From: Lingula anatina
Taxonomy: Eukaryota > Animalia > Brachiopoda
Assembly (NCBI GenBank): GCA_051362555.1
Contig: CM120642.1
Location: 6,572,001-6,636,000, forward strand
Length of the DNA: 64,000 bases
Direction of reading: 5' to 3'
Part shown: in pieces, positions 42,559 to 56,722 of the stretch
How the letters are laid out: every line of letters starts with the position of its first letter
How positions within the stretch are numbered: the first letter of the stretch is position 1
Notes under the pieces: model-generated
What the model was told of the DNA's origin: nothing
The model's input: the letters and a program-made list of their open reading frames with translations, nothing else
The model's database searches: none
Program-made: the position numbers and the translations under genes

Positions 42559-43416
42559 CACCTATGTAACATGTATATATCAGTACAGGCCTCATCTCTA
42601 ACTTTACTGAATTTCCAAGAATCTTAATGCTGGCCTCTGTTTCTGATTATTGCGAAGATCTATATTTGTCCTTAAAAGTGGATTCCTCTTGGTTTCATAG
42701 ATATTGCCGCAAATACATTGTGATTAGTCACATAAACGTCAGTGATATTACTGAGGTGTCGGCCCAAGAGAGTAGAAATTAGACTACAGTTCAGCAGAAG
42801 TTAGAGACAGCTTTGCCATTATTCACCGAAACGGCATTTATCTGCCTGGTATTTTACGATGTTTTAAGAAGCACGCGCGTATTTTTTGTAAAGATTTTTT
42901 GTTAAGTGCCTGCGCTTTGCCGAATATTGTAATAATTCTGAGGGTCCTGGAAGTGCGTTTCTGAAAGACTTGACGGGTAATTTTGAAAAAAATAAATAAC
43001 TGCTATCTCTACCGATATTGATTACGTATAATTCTCTCGCTAAAGATTCAGGGGTGATAGAACTAATCACACTTATGAACGAATTCATATTAAGTCTACA
43101 TACTATATGCAAGTATAAATGGAACATACCCAAATCACTCTGATAGTGTTCTAGACTGTATATCATACATGCTTAATAAGCTCACCCATCTACTATTTTA
43201 TTCGTACGAAATCACTTTTCTCCGCGGCTGTGAACTAGTAACTAACCGGAGTCAACTTGCAACATAAGAAGAGAATAAGGCGGAAATGTAAAAAAAGAGA
43301 AAAAAAAGAAAAAGTCATGCAAAGATTCAGTCTCTTCGATATTTTGTTGAAAATTCTTCTAAACCTTGAAGGTAAACCACCAAGATAAAATATTTTTGGT
43401 GCCATATAACACAGAG

Positions 43417-43583
43417 CAGGGCCGTAGCCTCCGGGGGGGCAGGGGGGGCAGCTGCCCCCCCTGGAATTTGGAATTTTACACACCACACCCACCCTCCTCG
43501 GTAGCTTTGCCCCCCTCCCCCCCTCCTCGGTAGCTTCGTCCGCCTACTGCCCCCCCTGGCATTTTGCTCAGGCTACGGCCCTG
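43417..43583. mobile_element. hAT-like MITE with 5-bp TSD (CAGAG)
   Basis: Perfect 14-bp TIR CAGGGCCGTAGCCT, GGGGGGGCA subterminal motifs, internal ccctcctcggtagctt duplication, CAGAG on both flanks. Confidence 0.87.
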
Positions 43584-44352
43584 CAGAGGTTGCGATGAAG
43601 ATCAGGAAGCAGAGTCCTTACTTGATCCAGAAGCGCTAGGTGGAATCTGAGCGCCACAATAGATCGCCTAGGAATGAAAAGGCGTTTAAAAATGAGTCGC
43701 AGCGACCAAAAAGTAAATTACACTTCTTGGTTGACAAATATGTACTGGCTTCTTGACTGAGAAGAAAAAATGAAAAAAAAAGGGAAAAAGGAAACAATCA
43801 ATTCTGAAACGCAATCAACTCCACAGTCTGTTAGTGTATATTAAGTTTACACGAAGAGACGTTTTTCAGCGGCAATATGATTGGATTAACTGGTGGTCTA
43901 TTAGAACAGGTCTGAATACGTAAGGACTGTGCATTACGCGCACTGATTATATTGAGGGGAGAAATCGATGAAATCACTGAAAATTACTAAAAGCACTGTG
44001 CGAGACAAAGATCGAGGGCAAGCTTTAAGAAAATAAATAAAAAGAAACGAATTAAATAAAAATAAAAAATAATAAAAAATATTCATGATTAATGCATTCA
44101 CTTTAGCAAAGGCAATTAAGTTGGAAACATTCCTTAATTTCTTACCATTGTAGCATCAGCTTGGCGGTTTTATTTTATGTTTGAAGTAATTGAAACCCAA
44201 GGCAAACATAATATGCACCATGGACATAATATTATGTCCATGTATGCACTAACCACAGAGATTTTGCTTACCCTTGAAATACTGTCTGGTCACTCCCCCC
44301 CCCCCCACACACACATGCACAAATACACACAAGAGGACACACGCACACAAGC

Positions 44353-44390
<38 letters not shown>

Positions 44391-45955
44391 CAGCTTAAAA
44401 TGCTCCCAACTCAACAAGATAAATGTTTTATCACACGATCGACACCGTTACAATGAAAATCACTCGATCTGAAGTATTATACTTTCTCCGTATTCAGAAG
44501 AGACATCGTTTGCCCTATCACTCTCTCCTGTACGTGGAGATACCATACGAAGCCAGGCAATTTCTTCTTACACATAAATCGCTTTCCCTGCACGCCGAGA
44601 GACATGTAAAAATGGAGGGAGTTACTTAGAAGCGTTTCGATTGAGAAATCACACGTAATAAAGTAGGTGCATCTCGCAGCAGAGAAGATGGATGGGACGT
44701 CCATTTCAGCCAGAGAGAAGAGCTCGAATCAATACGTCAGTGGTCCGAGTGGAGGCCTTTGTAGGTCTGTATTATTCCAATGTCTACCCGTGCCTGAATG
44801 ACTGATATTAACAGAAGTGTATTTTCTGTGATTACTACGGAAAGAATTCTGCGATTTCCCCAATGTTTTGTTGGGATAAATTAATGGTGAGCGTCCTAAT
44901 CTGTTATAGCGTTTGGTGTGGTAGCGGATAAATGATAGGACCCAAAGGTTCGGCAAAAACCGGAATTATATCCTTAAATATGAAAACTTGATTTCAGATA
45001 CAGAATCATCTCTCTCTCTCTCTCTCTGAACCATTTTCTCTATATCTCTAATGGAAGAGATCCCAGAAGAGCCAACGTGAAAAATAAACAGTTCAACTAT
45101 GTTGTCATGAAAAGATATGACCTGTCAGATATGAGAAGCAAACTATAACTGTTTCTGACACGAAACACGAAATGTTGCCGTTTCATGCATGTTGTTTTAT
45201 AAGTTATGCAGTATATATATTTGCTTTCTGAATAATTGCGACTAGCTTTATAAATATGCCTGTACACTTAAAGAAATATGCAAGTAAACTTGAAGTTTTA
45301 AACATAGTTCACTTTGCCACAGCAGTAGACCATCACTGAATACATATACGATATGCAGTGATAAATGAAACAAAATCAATAACCCTTTTTCTCTTTTCTT
45401 AATGTCGCGGGAATAATTTCTTTATGCTCCTGTCTCGCTTTACTTATTTTCTATGCAGGCTTCTTTAGTTCATTTTTAAAAGTTAAAAAAATCGAATCCT
45501 CCCACAGCTGAAGTTAACTTGGCATACAAGTGCACGAACTTTTGCGCCTATCTGTACACTTGGTACATCAAATATTGTGCTTGATTGTGTGCCATTGTAT
45601 AATTGCTGTAGGTGAGACGACACGATCGCCTCTGTCACAACTAATGCAATTTTACACAACCAGTGAGCTGGACGAAACATGTATGTCCATGTAAAACTTT
45701 CGTTGCAGGCTCCTTTCTATTGCACATCCACTGATAAAAGAAATATGAACCTATTTGCTTTGCACATATTGTTTTGTTCTTATCTATCTTAAAAATTAAA
45801 AATATATATTTCCGGTAGGGCGGATTCAATGTATCTCATGTAAAATTGCGGTTTTGGGAGAGCTCTCGTATTTAGGCTGCTTATCGCTTCTCTCTTCGAC
45901 TGACTTGTTATTGTAGGCGTTGCAGTGACACCCAACACAATCATGGACTAGCGCG

Positions 45956-45990
<35 letters not shown>

Positions 45991-48103
45991 CCTTACTGCC
46001 TCGTGAAAAAAAAATCGGATCACGCATTTTAGATAAGAAAAGCTAATGCCTATTATATTGCCAATCAATACGGAATCGGAAATTGAATGAGCTGCGTTTC
46101 ATCTAATATAATTGCTCCCCAAGGCTGTAAGTATAATAAACTATCAACCTTTTAAATAGATTAAATTCACATAAGGTCGCGTGGGGTAATCGTTCTTTCC
46201 CTTAATAGAGTTGATGAAATTCAACCACAATGGTGCAAACAAAAACCTTTCCCGATGTATATGTGATGCATAGGATGCATTAAGAACTTTCGCGTTGTTT
46301 TTGCATTCTGTAATAACTCAAAAAGTATATAAAACGAGTGCACACTAGCTTATCAACCTAATAAACGGAGCCCCCCACGAAACAAAGTCAATTGGATTAA
46401 TTTACATTGGATCCAAACTGTCGGGAAAAATTTGAGAAAGGGAGTAACCCCCCCTAATCCCTCTCGTAGCGTCATCACATGTTAGTACCTGTCAAAACTG
46501 TGCGACAGAATATTTTACCGCAAGACGTGAAAAGATCATTATAACTGAGTATTTATTGCCAACATGCAGAATCATCGTTCACTGTAAATGTGCAGCTTAC
46601 TAATTCAATTTATTAACCTTTAAGCCCTACGGCTTATCAGAATACTAAACTTACAAATCTGCAGTAGCCCAGCAAATATAAAGTGGCTGAGAGTGGTGTT
46701 GGGTCTTGAGTACAACTATCTACAAAACTGAGAAATATTTCCGTATTATGTGAATAATTTGGCTCAATTTTACTTATTCCTTCCTCGGGCCTTGGATTCT
46801 TACAAAATAGATAAATAAAGAATGACAACCCTCTTGGTTCAACCTAAAACATTCCTCAATTTCGAATGAATAGAATTTTCTTAAAGGTAAATATATCATA
46901 CCTCTCAGTACACCAGTGACTGTGCAATGCAAAACTGAAAGAGTCGTTCTCTTCGTAGCCATATTACACAATGACATTTTAATTTAGAACATCGATCAAA
47001 GTAAATCAGTTTCTAACGATGATGTACGCTATATAATTGGAGCAATACCTATAACGACTAAGGTGAGGACAATTCTCATTTCATCACATTCCCATTAATA
47101 CGCTCACCCTGTCTCAAACTTATGAAGCTCAATTAATTGAGAATCCCCTCTTGATTCAGTCCAAATAAAATCATTTCAAACGAATCAAAAACACTTTTTT
47201 GATGAGCAGACGCACTTGAAAAGAAAATATCCACAAACTTGATTAAACCTAGCAGAACTGATGACAACTTTCTATTTGTACTCGTATTACAGAAAGACAT
47301 TTTACATCAATCAAAGCAAATTATCATCTAATGACTTTGTGTGCCTTGCAGCCAAACATATGATGATGGTGATGGCGGCATCGCTGCAAACTTCCCGATA
47401 TTGCATTTTATCGCCATTCCGATAAAATACATTAATTAATGCGCTTTCGGTCACAAGCTTATTACGTTCAAACGCCTTTCGATTGAATTACACGCCACTT
47501 AAGCTTGTCCTAATTAATACATGTACCCACCAAGCAATAGATTTCATTCAATTTTACCCATCACCGCCGGATTACAGACAGTGTAATATTTTATAACAGA
47601 CAATAATGGCTAAATTACCATATGCTACAGTAATTGACATGTTAAGTGGTCGATGAAAGGTGAGACGTAATAAAAGGGACTTTTGAACCATGGTCAGCAC
47701 TATTCTTAGAATCAATCAGTGACTATTCTTAGAATCAATCAAATTCTAACAGGTCATCCTTAATTTTGAATAACACGAGCTGGATAGAAATAGAAAGTCG
47801 TAGGCTTACTTGTAGGTTGATCGTGACTTTAGTCGACTAAAAATCACGACTTTGCGGGAATTTTATAAGGTTTGATTTCAAAAAAAAAAAAAAAAAACTT
47901 AACACCAAAATTAGTCTAAACATTTAGATCCGAAATCTTAGCCTAATATGAACCGAGTGAAATCGACCCTGCTTTAGAAAAAAGAAAAAAAAGTTGTAGG
48001 CCTATTACTGATGCACTGTCCACATTGGATTTTTTTCCGATATAAGCCAATCCAGGTTATAGAGAAAATTGAAAAGACGTATTTCCTTAATGGTTTAGAT
48101 CAG

Positions 48104-48110
48104 ATCCCGT

Positions 48111-48145
<35 letters not shown>

Positions 48146-48238
48146 AAAACTTTTAAAAGTTAGTTCCCTGGCTATAGGATGTGTGCATGTGTCCATGTAA
48201 CGTTGGTAACAAAGCTGTTAGCCACTGGAACTGACTCA

Positions 48239-48290
<52 letters not shown>

Positions 48291-48302
48291 TGAAACTGGG
48301 AC
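48104..48302. mobile_element. Harbinger-like MITE (copy 2, inverted relative to copy 1)
   Basis: Ends ATCCCGTCTGCAC and GTGAAACTGGGAC, CAG TSD. The reverse complement of its core (ttaccaacgttacatggacacatgcacacatcc) matches copy 1 (ttaccaaggtaacatggtcacatgggcacatcc). Confidence 0.7.
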
Positions 48303-50887
48303 CAGAAATGACTAATGGTTTAGACCAATAGTTAGAAGATTTCGGGGGACTACCATGTGCTTAACCTGAACAGAAGTGGACTTATTTTCTCGTCTAACAG
48401 TGAAGACCAACTTTCATTCAAAGGTTCTGTTTTGTATCCAGGCATCCAGAGGGCAGACTGTAAGCACCCTACGTTCGACTCCTCACACTTCATGTAGAAT
48501 GGAATATGAGATATGGTGGATCAGATATTTGAAATAAAATATACATCGCTAAAATTGCTGTCTTTTCTGAATTTACCATTTTATTCCAGCATCTTTTTTT
48601 TTTTTTTATTTGTAATCTGGATACATATATTCATGGCCGTGCAATGTACCAGTGCCTTGTCAGCGCTCTTGATTTACAAGCAAATCCCATTCCTTATTGA
48701 AATCATTAACATACGCTAGAGGAGATGTGATAGAGAAAATAATCACCAACGTCTCTGTTTGGTAACAAGTATCGGCCTTTGTTTTGTTCAAAAATGTCCC
48801 CTTTTGGTCGCACTTGCTTTTCATAAATCTTCGCGCAAATTCGATGTTATCTCTTGATGGTTTGGTAGTATGCCAAAACCTGCTGATGACTGGTCTGTGT
48901 AACATATGTAATAAGAAATATGAATCATCTCATAAACGAAGAAAAACACTATAACAATGGCGATGTGCGGTTTGTTTTTCTGCGCACGTGTGTGCGTGTG
49001 GACGTGTTCGTGCGCGTGTGCACGTTGTACAGTTAGTGAATGCGATCCTGAGTGTGTGTGTGTGTTTGTGTGTGTATATATGTAGGCGCGCGTAATTTCT
49101 TTACGATATCTTGTGCTTGCTCCTGCCTTTAGCGTGTTTGCGAATACGCACCCGCTTTTTGATGTTGTCGTGCCTGTGTGCTTACAAACGTGCACGTGCT
49201 CTAGCGTGAGTATGGTAAGAGTACACAGGTACTTATCTGTAACTGTCACACATAACCTTATCTTTAACAGTAAACGGAGGAATAAAAGGAAACCATAATG
49301 ATCAATTTCATGAAAAGTGACACGAGCACATGTATCAATTGCACGAATTTCTGAGAAGGCGGCACTTGTTTTGTTAATTTTCAACAATTGACAATGTAAC
49401 TAATAGCCCTAGACACGAAAATAATATTTTCTTGGAAGAACTGAAATAACGAATTACACAAGCGTTGACCCGGTGTCCTGGAGATAATACTGTGATGGAC
49501 AGCCCCATTTTCATGCAGCCGCACGTGCAGGCATTATAAGGACATGTCTCATTGCTTCAAAACATCAGTTCAAACGGAATATTTCATTATGTGAAATACA
49601 TAATTCAATGGTTCATTACTTTGTTCATAATTAGAGCTGCCAATATGGTAAATAAGTAAAGATATTGGGAATAAATAAATAAAGAGGATAGTGAATGATT
49701 AGGGTGAATACTTAGAAATAAAAAAAAAAATAATTACAGAAGATTGTTAAGGAAAAAAAAAAAAAAAACTCGCCCCTTTATTCCCGTCTTTCAAAACCTC
49801 CAAAACTAAAACTGAATGTGTGTCATGTAACTTTCTAAAACATAAGTTTATTTCTTTCATTTCAGGCCTTTTGTATATGGCTTATGCGCAGACACGTTTA
49901 GAATCTCCTTGGCAAAACCATTCACTAATACATGCCGTTAGTAGATTAAAAAATTAAGAAATGCAGACATTTTAGTTTGTTCTTTGGTAGCCAGGCTTGC
50001 TCTCGCTTTATTCTCAACCTGAATGCATCTACGGCTCATTGCGTTTGCAACAATAAATAGAAGCATTTTAATAACAAATCGATGGTTAAAAATATGTTGC
50101 ATACTCGAATATGCAGAGAGGTAGTTGCTCTGGAGAAAAAAGTAAAGGGAAACTTGATTATTGTGGAGACCTCTGGAACAAATCCATACGTTCCAATCTA
50201 TCATACAAATGCATTTTGTGTACATAATGTCCATTTGGCATTTACCAACATTCACAATAAAATATAGAAACAAGAATGTGATTTTATTTCCCCGTGGTTA
50301 AATGTTCCTTGATCTGTTCTTCATTTCTGGAAACATGGTTTCCTTTTATAAGACAAAGTAGGCAATTATTGTCGGGAAATTTGTTTTATTAGCTTTTGAA
50401 TAACCGATTTTGGTTGGCACGATGGGATTGTTTTGCGATCTGCTGCCATAACGAGCATCCGTGTGAGATTTGGCCTTTTTATATTGTTTTACTGGTAGTC
50501 CTGTGGCTTGAGAGATAAAGAGGGGGGGGGGGGGTTGATCGCGTTCGAAATGCACTTTACTACAAAAATGTCGACTGCCTAAGCTTTCAATCCACCAACT
50601 AAACCTTCAGTCTAATTGCTCTTTGTGTGTACCACAAAGCCTTACCACAAGGATGCGCAGTAGTGCTTTTTCTGGTGCACTTTCGTGAAGCATTTTATGT
50701 TCGCTTTGAAACCGATTATGATCAGAGAGCATGACTTACGCCATGAAACATTTTCTGTAAAACCATTTTCAAGGTGGAGACTGCGATACGTATAGTGAGT
50801 AATGATAAACAGGATATGTTGACGTTGCGTTAAGTTCATTGCCGGATTTGAGCGATTATCGGTTCACGGCCGATTCCAATTTCCCTA

Positions 50888-50890
<3 letters not shown>

Positions 50891-50928
<38 letters not shown>
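50891..50928. repeat. Poly-G homopolymer (~38 nt)
   Basis: Directly visible; the length may be unreliable in the assembly. Confidence 0.85.
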
Positions 50929-50929
<1 letters not shown>

Positions 50930-50970
50930 TTAATTTTCTTGGAAATTTCAACTTTTTCCTTTATCACTGA

Positions 50971-51145
50971 GGTATACGTTTGTAAAGCCTCTCTTCTGGT
51001 CCTCAAATCAAGTTCGGTCCCTTGGTTCTAAACTGTTTACAAGAAGCTCTATACTGGACCTACACCTGTAAATGTCCATCATTACGAGTTCAAACGTGTT
51101 CCCTAAACGTGTCCTTGGCTGACTCTATTATGGTCTCCAATATTT
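50971..51145 (+). repeat. Left arm of a ~170-bp inverted repeat pair
   Basis: Reverse-complement match to 53790-53964, including an exact run gtaaagcctctcttctggtcctcaaatcaagttcggtcccttggttctaaactgtttac. Confidence 0.9.
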
Positions 51146-53789
51146 GAGGTTTAAAACTTTGAGAGGCTACCAAAAAACGTACGTAAACTGAATGTTAGAA
51201 AGAAATGCATTTCAATTATTTAAAATTGTATTATATTTGCTATAATATATTCTCAGATTTTTTAAAGAACACAAAAGTTTTGCTGCGTGACTACCTTTAG
51301 GATGCTTAAGAATAATACTACAATATTTATGGCGTTCTCTGCCTCATGTTTTCAAGACAGTTACATTCGTGGGTGATTGTGCATGTGGTGGTGTTGGGGG
51401 GGGGGGGGTGCTCACTCACTGCCATGATTGTGCGCTTTTCATTCCGTTTCAAGTTAGTATAAGCTCTTATTTTCATATGGACGCGTTTATTCCCGTGAAT
51501 TTCTTAAATGTCCACTGGACTGGTATGGTCACGCGTTTTGTGCAAGTAGTAGAAATGGATTATATTTTTTTTTCGAATCAGCAGATCTAAAATAAACAAA
51601 GTTTATTAATAAACGCGCAATATTTTCGTAATTAAAGCCTATTTGCCTGTTTGACTGCATTTAAACTAAGACGCAACTGACCATAATGTGTGTTTGATTG
51701 ACGGGGCTGGTTTAGAGATGTACGTGCTGCATACCTTGTTGGTATTTATACCTAGGCTTTCACAAGCTGTATATCCCATATCATTCAGATAATGTTCAAG
51801 TGTTGTTTTGCTACATGATGACAACTTAGCATCCCAATTGTATTACTTTAGGAGCGTACAGTGAAGGGAATATCATGAAAACCCAGTGATCTGACCAAAG
51901 ACGTAGAGATCCAGTATAACTACGTAGTATAAGTAGGCCTAGCCTATGCATACCAGTGCAGTTTATTGTTACACAACGCCGTTCTCCCTTGGGCAAAATT
52001 AAAGGCTAAAATCCCCGTTTCAATTTACCACTTCAAGGGAAAGATTCAGAACAGCGCCCTGGCCTGAATTTTGATCTTACAAACTGACCTCAGAAACCAC
52101 AAAATTTTCTTTCATGCCCGAAATCTGTGATTTTAAATACTCGATCCCCACCATTAAATGTCCCACCGACCCTCACATTGACTGCCTCTCTTGTTATAGA
52201 GCACAATTCAAATTAATTTAAAAGAGACAAACTTAGCTGTTATTACAGAATCGGGATTCTTTATCATAGATTTTGTCTCGACTCCAGGGACGTCTCAATT
52301 TCTTTTTCGCCCTATATATATATCTTATTAAGTTGAATGGTCTTTATCGCAGCATCTTTATTTAAGTTCATTAAAAACCACAAATCAAAGGAATTGTGTG
52401 TACGCGCCGTAATGTACATGATCTTTGGATGGTTATTTTAAGTAATCCGATGTTGATAATTTCGAATCCTATACATTATAGTACATATGCGTACATGGAA
52501 AGCATCAAAACAGATTAAAGGCATTTTCGCGTCGATCATTATACCGTTTTATTTGCATCTCATCTGTAGCGAACCATTTGTTGCCAGCTTAACGAAGCAC
52601 CGCGCAATTATGTAAGAGAACCACGAAAATAGAGCACCCGCACCAGACACGGGCATTTAATTTTGGTTGGTCCGTAAAGGGCTTGTATTCGACCGGAGGC
52701 AGAGTTGTGAATCAATCTACAGTATATTATTTTCCGTTTTATAAAAGTTACCTAAGTCTCGCATAACGCTATCTCAAAATTGGTCCATTTATGACCCTTT
52801 AAAACACCGCTACAGATGTAGACACTCCAACCCAATTAATTGAGTTCGATGTGAGAAAACTTTCAACAAAAAGTGAAAATGTGAGCCACATATATTTAAT
52901 ATCGGAATAAATATATGGCACGTTCCATTACTTTCACTGGTTTATGCCATTGTTCCCTCTAACTGGGAAAGCAGTCAGCAGTTATTAAAAGTAATATGAA
53001 ACATTAATAAAAACGTTATGCAAAACGTGAGCGGTTGTGATAAGTTAATTTACGCTCTCATCTTTCATATGAAAAGAAAAATGATTATTTATTACAAGAG
53101 TTCAGGGTGGGAAGAGGAGCATAAGGGCATAGCAACTATTATGTTATGAAATAAGTCAAGTTGAGCCTTTCTACTGATATACTTTATCGTGTTTCGTGCC
53201 TATCTAGCTTAGTCGGTTAAGAAGATATATAACCCCTTCTTCAAATATCAAATTTTATTAGATGGTTGAATACAACATCAGTAATAGAACAGTAATAGAA
53301 TTCAGCATAATGATACTGAATTGTTGTAAAGACATGAAGGAAGCAGGGTGACCATATATGCTCGGAATATTGTCGGAGAGGGAAATTTCTCCAGTTTGTT
53401 CACTGCCCTGTGAAGCCATATTTTGTGGCCTGAGATGCCGTATCCGTTACTTCGTGACCTGACCTGTCAAAAGCACGTCCGCGCACTCTTTTCATCTTTT
53501 GATTCTTCCACATTAATCAAGATACGGAGTATCAATTACAAGTGACCCCCGGGGGGGGGGGGGGGCATGAAGGGAATAAATAATTATATGTGGTATCCTT
53601 GTGACAGAAGGTTACTCTGCAATTTATATCTTTCAATTTATGCTGTGAAATAATAGCCAGCTAGTCCGTTGATCTGGCGAATCAAACAAATGACCGTTAG
53701 TTGAGTTGCTTAACTGCAAGTAATTAATCCCCTCCCCTCCCCCCGAACGTCAAACTGGCAGGTTTCCAAATGAAGACTATACCGCAGAA

Positions 53790-53964
53790 AAAGTTTGGGG
53801 CCCAAAAGAGAGTCAGCCAAGTACACGTTTGGGGAACACGTTTGAACTCGTAATGATTGACATTTACAGGTGTAGGACCAGAACAGAGCCTCTGGTAAAC
53901 AGTTTAGAACCAAGGGACCGAACTTGATTTGAGGACCAGAAGAGAGGCTTTACATACGTTGTCC
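53790..53964 (-). repeat. Right arm of a ~170-bp inverted repeat pair
   Basis: Reverse complement of 50971-51145 with scattered mismatches. Confidence 0.9.
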
Positions 53965-56463
53965 AAAACCGTTCACAGAAGTTAACCCATTTTAAGCTCT
54001 AAATGTCTTATCTTCATGGCTCACTCAGAATGTTGACGAGAACCTGCGAATTTCACTCATAAGGGCAAGAATTAGCACTTAAATACTTATAAAAACAATT
54101 CTATAGATCGTGATTTTCTTAAAACAGCCCTGGTTGTTTACATGTAAGCATTTTTGATAAAAGTAAAAACTGCTGAAATTTCCATGCAAATCTTTTGTTG
54201 TTGCTTTATAAAGGTTTAACGCACATTGTATGCCTTGAAATAACATATCATCCCATCTTTAATGAAGATTGATCTATCTACACACCCCTAAGTTGGCTAC
54301 AAACACGCCGCTTCCTAACTGCTATTTCCTTGAGGTGAATTAGATTCGGTTAAACACCTCGACTCTCACCTCTGATCTATTGTTATTAAGGGTTTGGAGA
54401 CTATTATGCTTATTTTTGTTAATCAATTCCCCGCTTTAAACATTTAATGCGGTATTATTAGCTCCTGGTAGCAGTCGATATTACCACAATGCAACGGTTG
54501 ATTAAAACGCATTATTCTGCCTACAGTAATACAAAAAAACATGATGCATATCTGGGACATTGAAACAAAACGATTCTGTTCATTTCCATTGCAAATAAGG
54601 GCGTTGGTTTCTTAACCGAATTGGAATCAAGCCGCAGAATAAAAGAAGGGAGTACTTTTCTTCTTCTTTGACATAAAAACAAATTCACTTCATACGATGT
54701 GTTTTTTTCTCACCAAAACACAAATTTGTTGCAAGAATATAACGACAATGTACCGATAATGCAACTCTTCATTGGCGGAGGAAGACAATTATGCACCTTG
54801 CGAGGTTCAGAGGTTTCAGGAACCTTACTACCTACCAGTAACTGGAAACGAAACAGCATCCGGATAGTGGAAGCTTTTTTTTTTTATCTGAAACATTGGG
54901 CAACGTCATGTGGCCAATAACACACTGAAGGAATCATAACTAAGTAATCTCAAATCGATTACAGCTCTCGGATAGTGTCTGGCATTGCAGCCAGAGGACT
55001 TGACATCATTTGCTAGAAATAATGGTTTAATGATTAATTACTGCTCTGTGTTATACATGACCATCTCAATGAATTTCTGCGTGAACATAACTAGTGCAAT
55101 AAATCATTGTGCATTGGCGAAATAAAACAGTCGGTAAATGTGGCTGTGCTTGGCCATTTTGTTATTTCACCGCTTCAAAACATCTCTTTAAATGGCCTGT
55201 ACATGTCCTGTGCAGACAAAAACATTTTGCCTCTGTTCAGGAAGTACGATTGCACGCAAGATATGCATTACACAATCCATTTGAAAATCGGTCTTCAAAA
55301 CGAACATTTACAGCCACGAGACTATTCAGAGTGCATGACAGACTGGAGTAATGTTCAGACAGTGCACGAAAACTACCAATGCCGCCAGGAAATTATGCAC
55401 TTTTTGCGCCCAACTCCCACAAGCAGTCTTTATGTTTTTACGATTATACCCGACACTCATGGCGATTCTGTGTTGTTTTTTTTCGAGGTAATCAAGTAAG
55501 TTAAGTCGCAACGCACCATTTTATGGCGCACGCTATATGAACATTGACCTTTTACAAGACAATCCCTAGAGAAGTTAGCACTCTCTACACTGAATTGCGT
55601 AATTTCTTCTTTTTTCTCAGGTTTACGGTCCTTTGGTTAGGGTAAATTGAGAACATAGGGAAAAACAAAGTATAAAATTAGACATAATATACCCTACTTA
55701 GCGACAGTTTAAGTGTTACACGGAGAGATACAAAACACTTAGGAGCATGTGCACTTAAAAATGCCACTGTTAAGTGTTGTGCGTAAGCGTTTTTCTGTGA
55801 GGAAACCGCGACAAACATTCACGGGTGACTATAGCCTGATTATAGTCTTTTCTGGGTCCTTTTTTTCTTTTCTTTCTTTTTTTAATACAAGGCAATCAGC
55901 TAAGGTACACGTGAAATATTGCTAGATGTATTTTTCCAAGTGTTATAAGTGCATTTCATGCATTATTTCCCCTCAGTTGATCAATTATTTATATTGCTGG
56001 AAGATAATACAACTCTTTATTCATTCATCCGTATTGTCAGTTCACTGCACTCACCATACACCTTTCTAAGCAGTTACCTGGAATCATTCAATTCTAAGTA
56101 CACGTTTTTCATTATTCAATAGTTCACTTTTTACATCTATTGAAAGCGTATTTGCAACACCATTTATATTTGCCACAATTATAAAACGGCACTCGAAGCG
56201 CACGAATGCGCGCTCCTACTTAAAAAAAATCGAAAAATTCGGGTTGATTAAAATGTATTAGCCATGGGGTTTTCTAGTAGCAGCCGGCAATTTTACGGAA
56301 GAGTTTTAGATAATTGTATTTGGTTGATTCATTCTTCAAAGGATCATTGTTTAGTGCGTAACACAAGGATGGTGTTTATCAAAAGATGATACGAGAGAGG
56401 ACTCTATGTGTCTTATTTACAATCGAAGGAATAATAGTCAAGAAGTAAGCGGGTCTCCAATAA

Positions 56464-56635
56464 GGGGGCGTCTCGATAGTCCGAAGGTTCATTGGTCCGA
56501 AGGTTCATTGGTCCGAAAAGTGGTAACACTTTCATCGATTTTTTAATCAAGGGTCCATTGGTCCGAAGGTTCTATAGTGAACATTCGGACCAATGAACCT
56601 TCGGACTATTGAACCTTCGGACTATCGCTACCTCT
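56464..56635. mobile_element. Foldback-type MITE built of 16-bp GGTCCGAAGGTTCATT units (unclassified)
   Basis: 44-bp subterminal inverted repeats (starting 56474, ending 56627) with 2 mismatches; AATAA direct repeat on both flanks. Confidence 0.7.
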
Positions 56636-56722
56636 AATAAAGCCTCGCTCTCAGGCACCTCCTTTCTGTCGCATATTAGGCGACTACTGGCAACAGAATG
56701 AAGTATAAATATTTGGCTGCCC

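Noticed and set aside
44626-44704. ATG segment with a phase-1 donor that could join the 41520 acceptor in frame
   Set aside because: Only phase compatibility supports it; the donor is weak and there is no other signal.
48821-49387. 188-aa ORF, and similar HT/VC/ER/SL-repeat ORFs at 17.1, 20.8, 29.5, 38.8, 40.8 and 44.2 kb
   Set aside because: They stay open because CA/GA microsatellites lack stop codons; no protein-like content.
50646-50839. Possible fifth first exon (MNLTQRQH...CASL) with a TG|gtaagg phase-2 donor
   Set aside because: Weaker start context, a random-looking peptide and no R-x-[FY]-[ST] motif. ORFs ending in G-TAA mimic phase-2 donors automatically. Not excluded without RNA-seq.
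50891-50928. Poly-G as a functional G-quadruplex
   Set aside because: G/C runs are frequent across this window and long homopolymers are error-prone; nothing indicates function.
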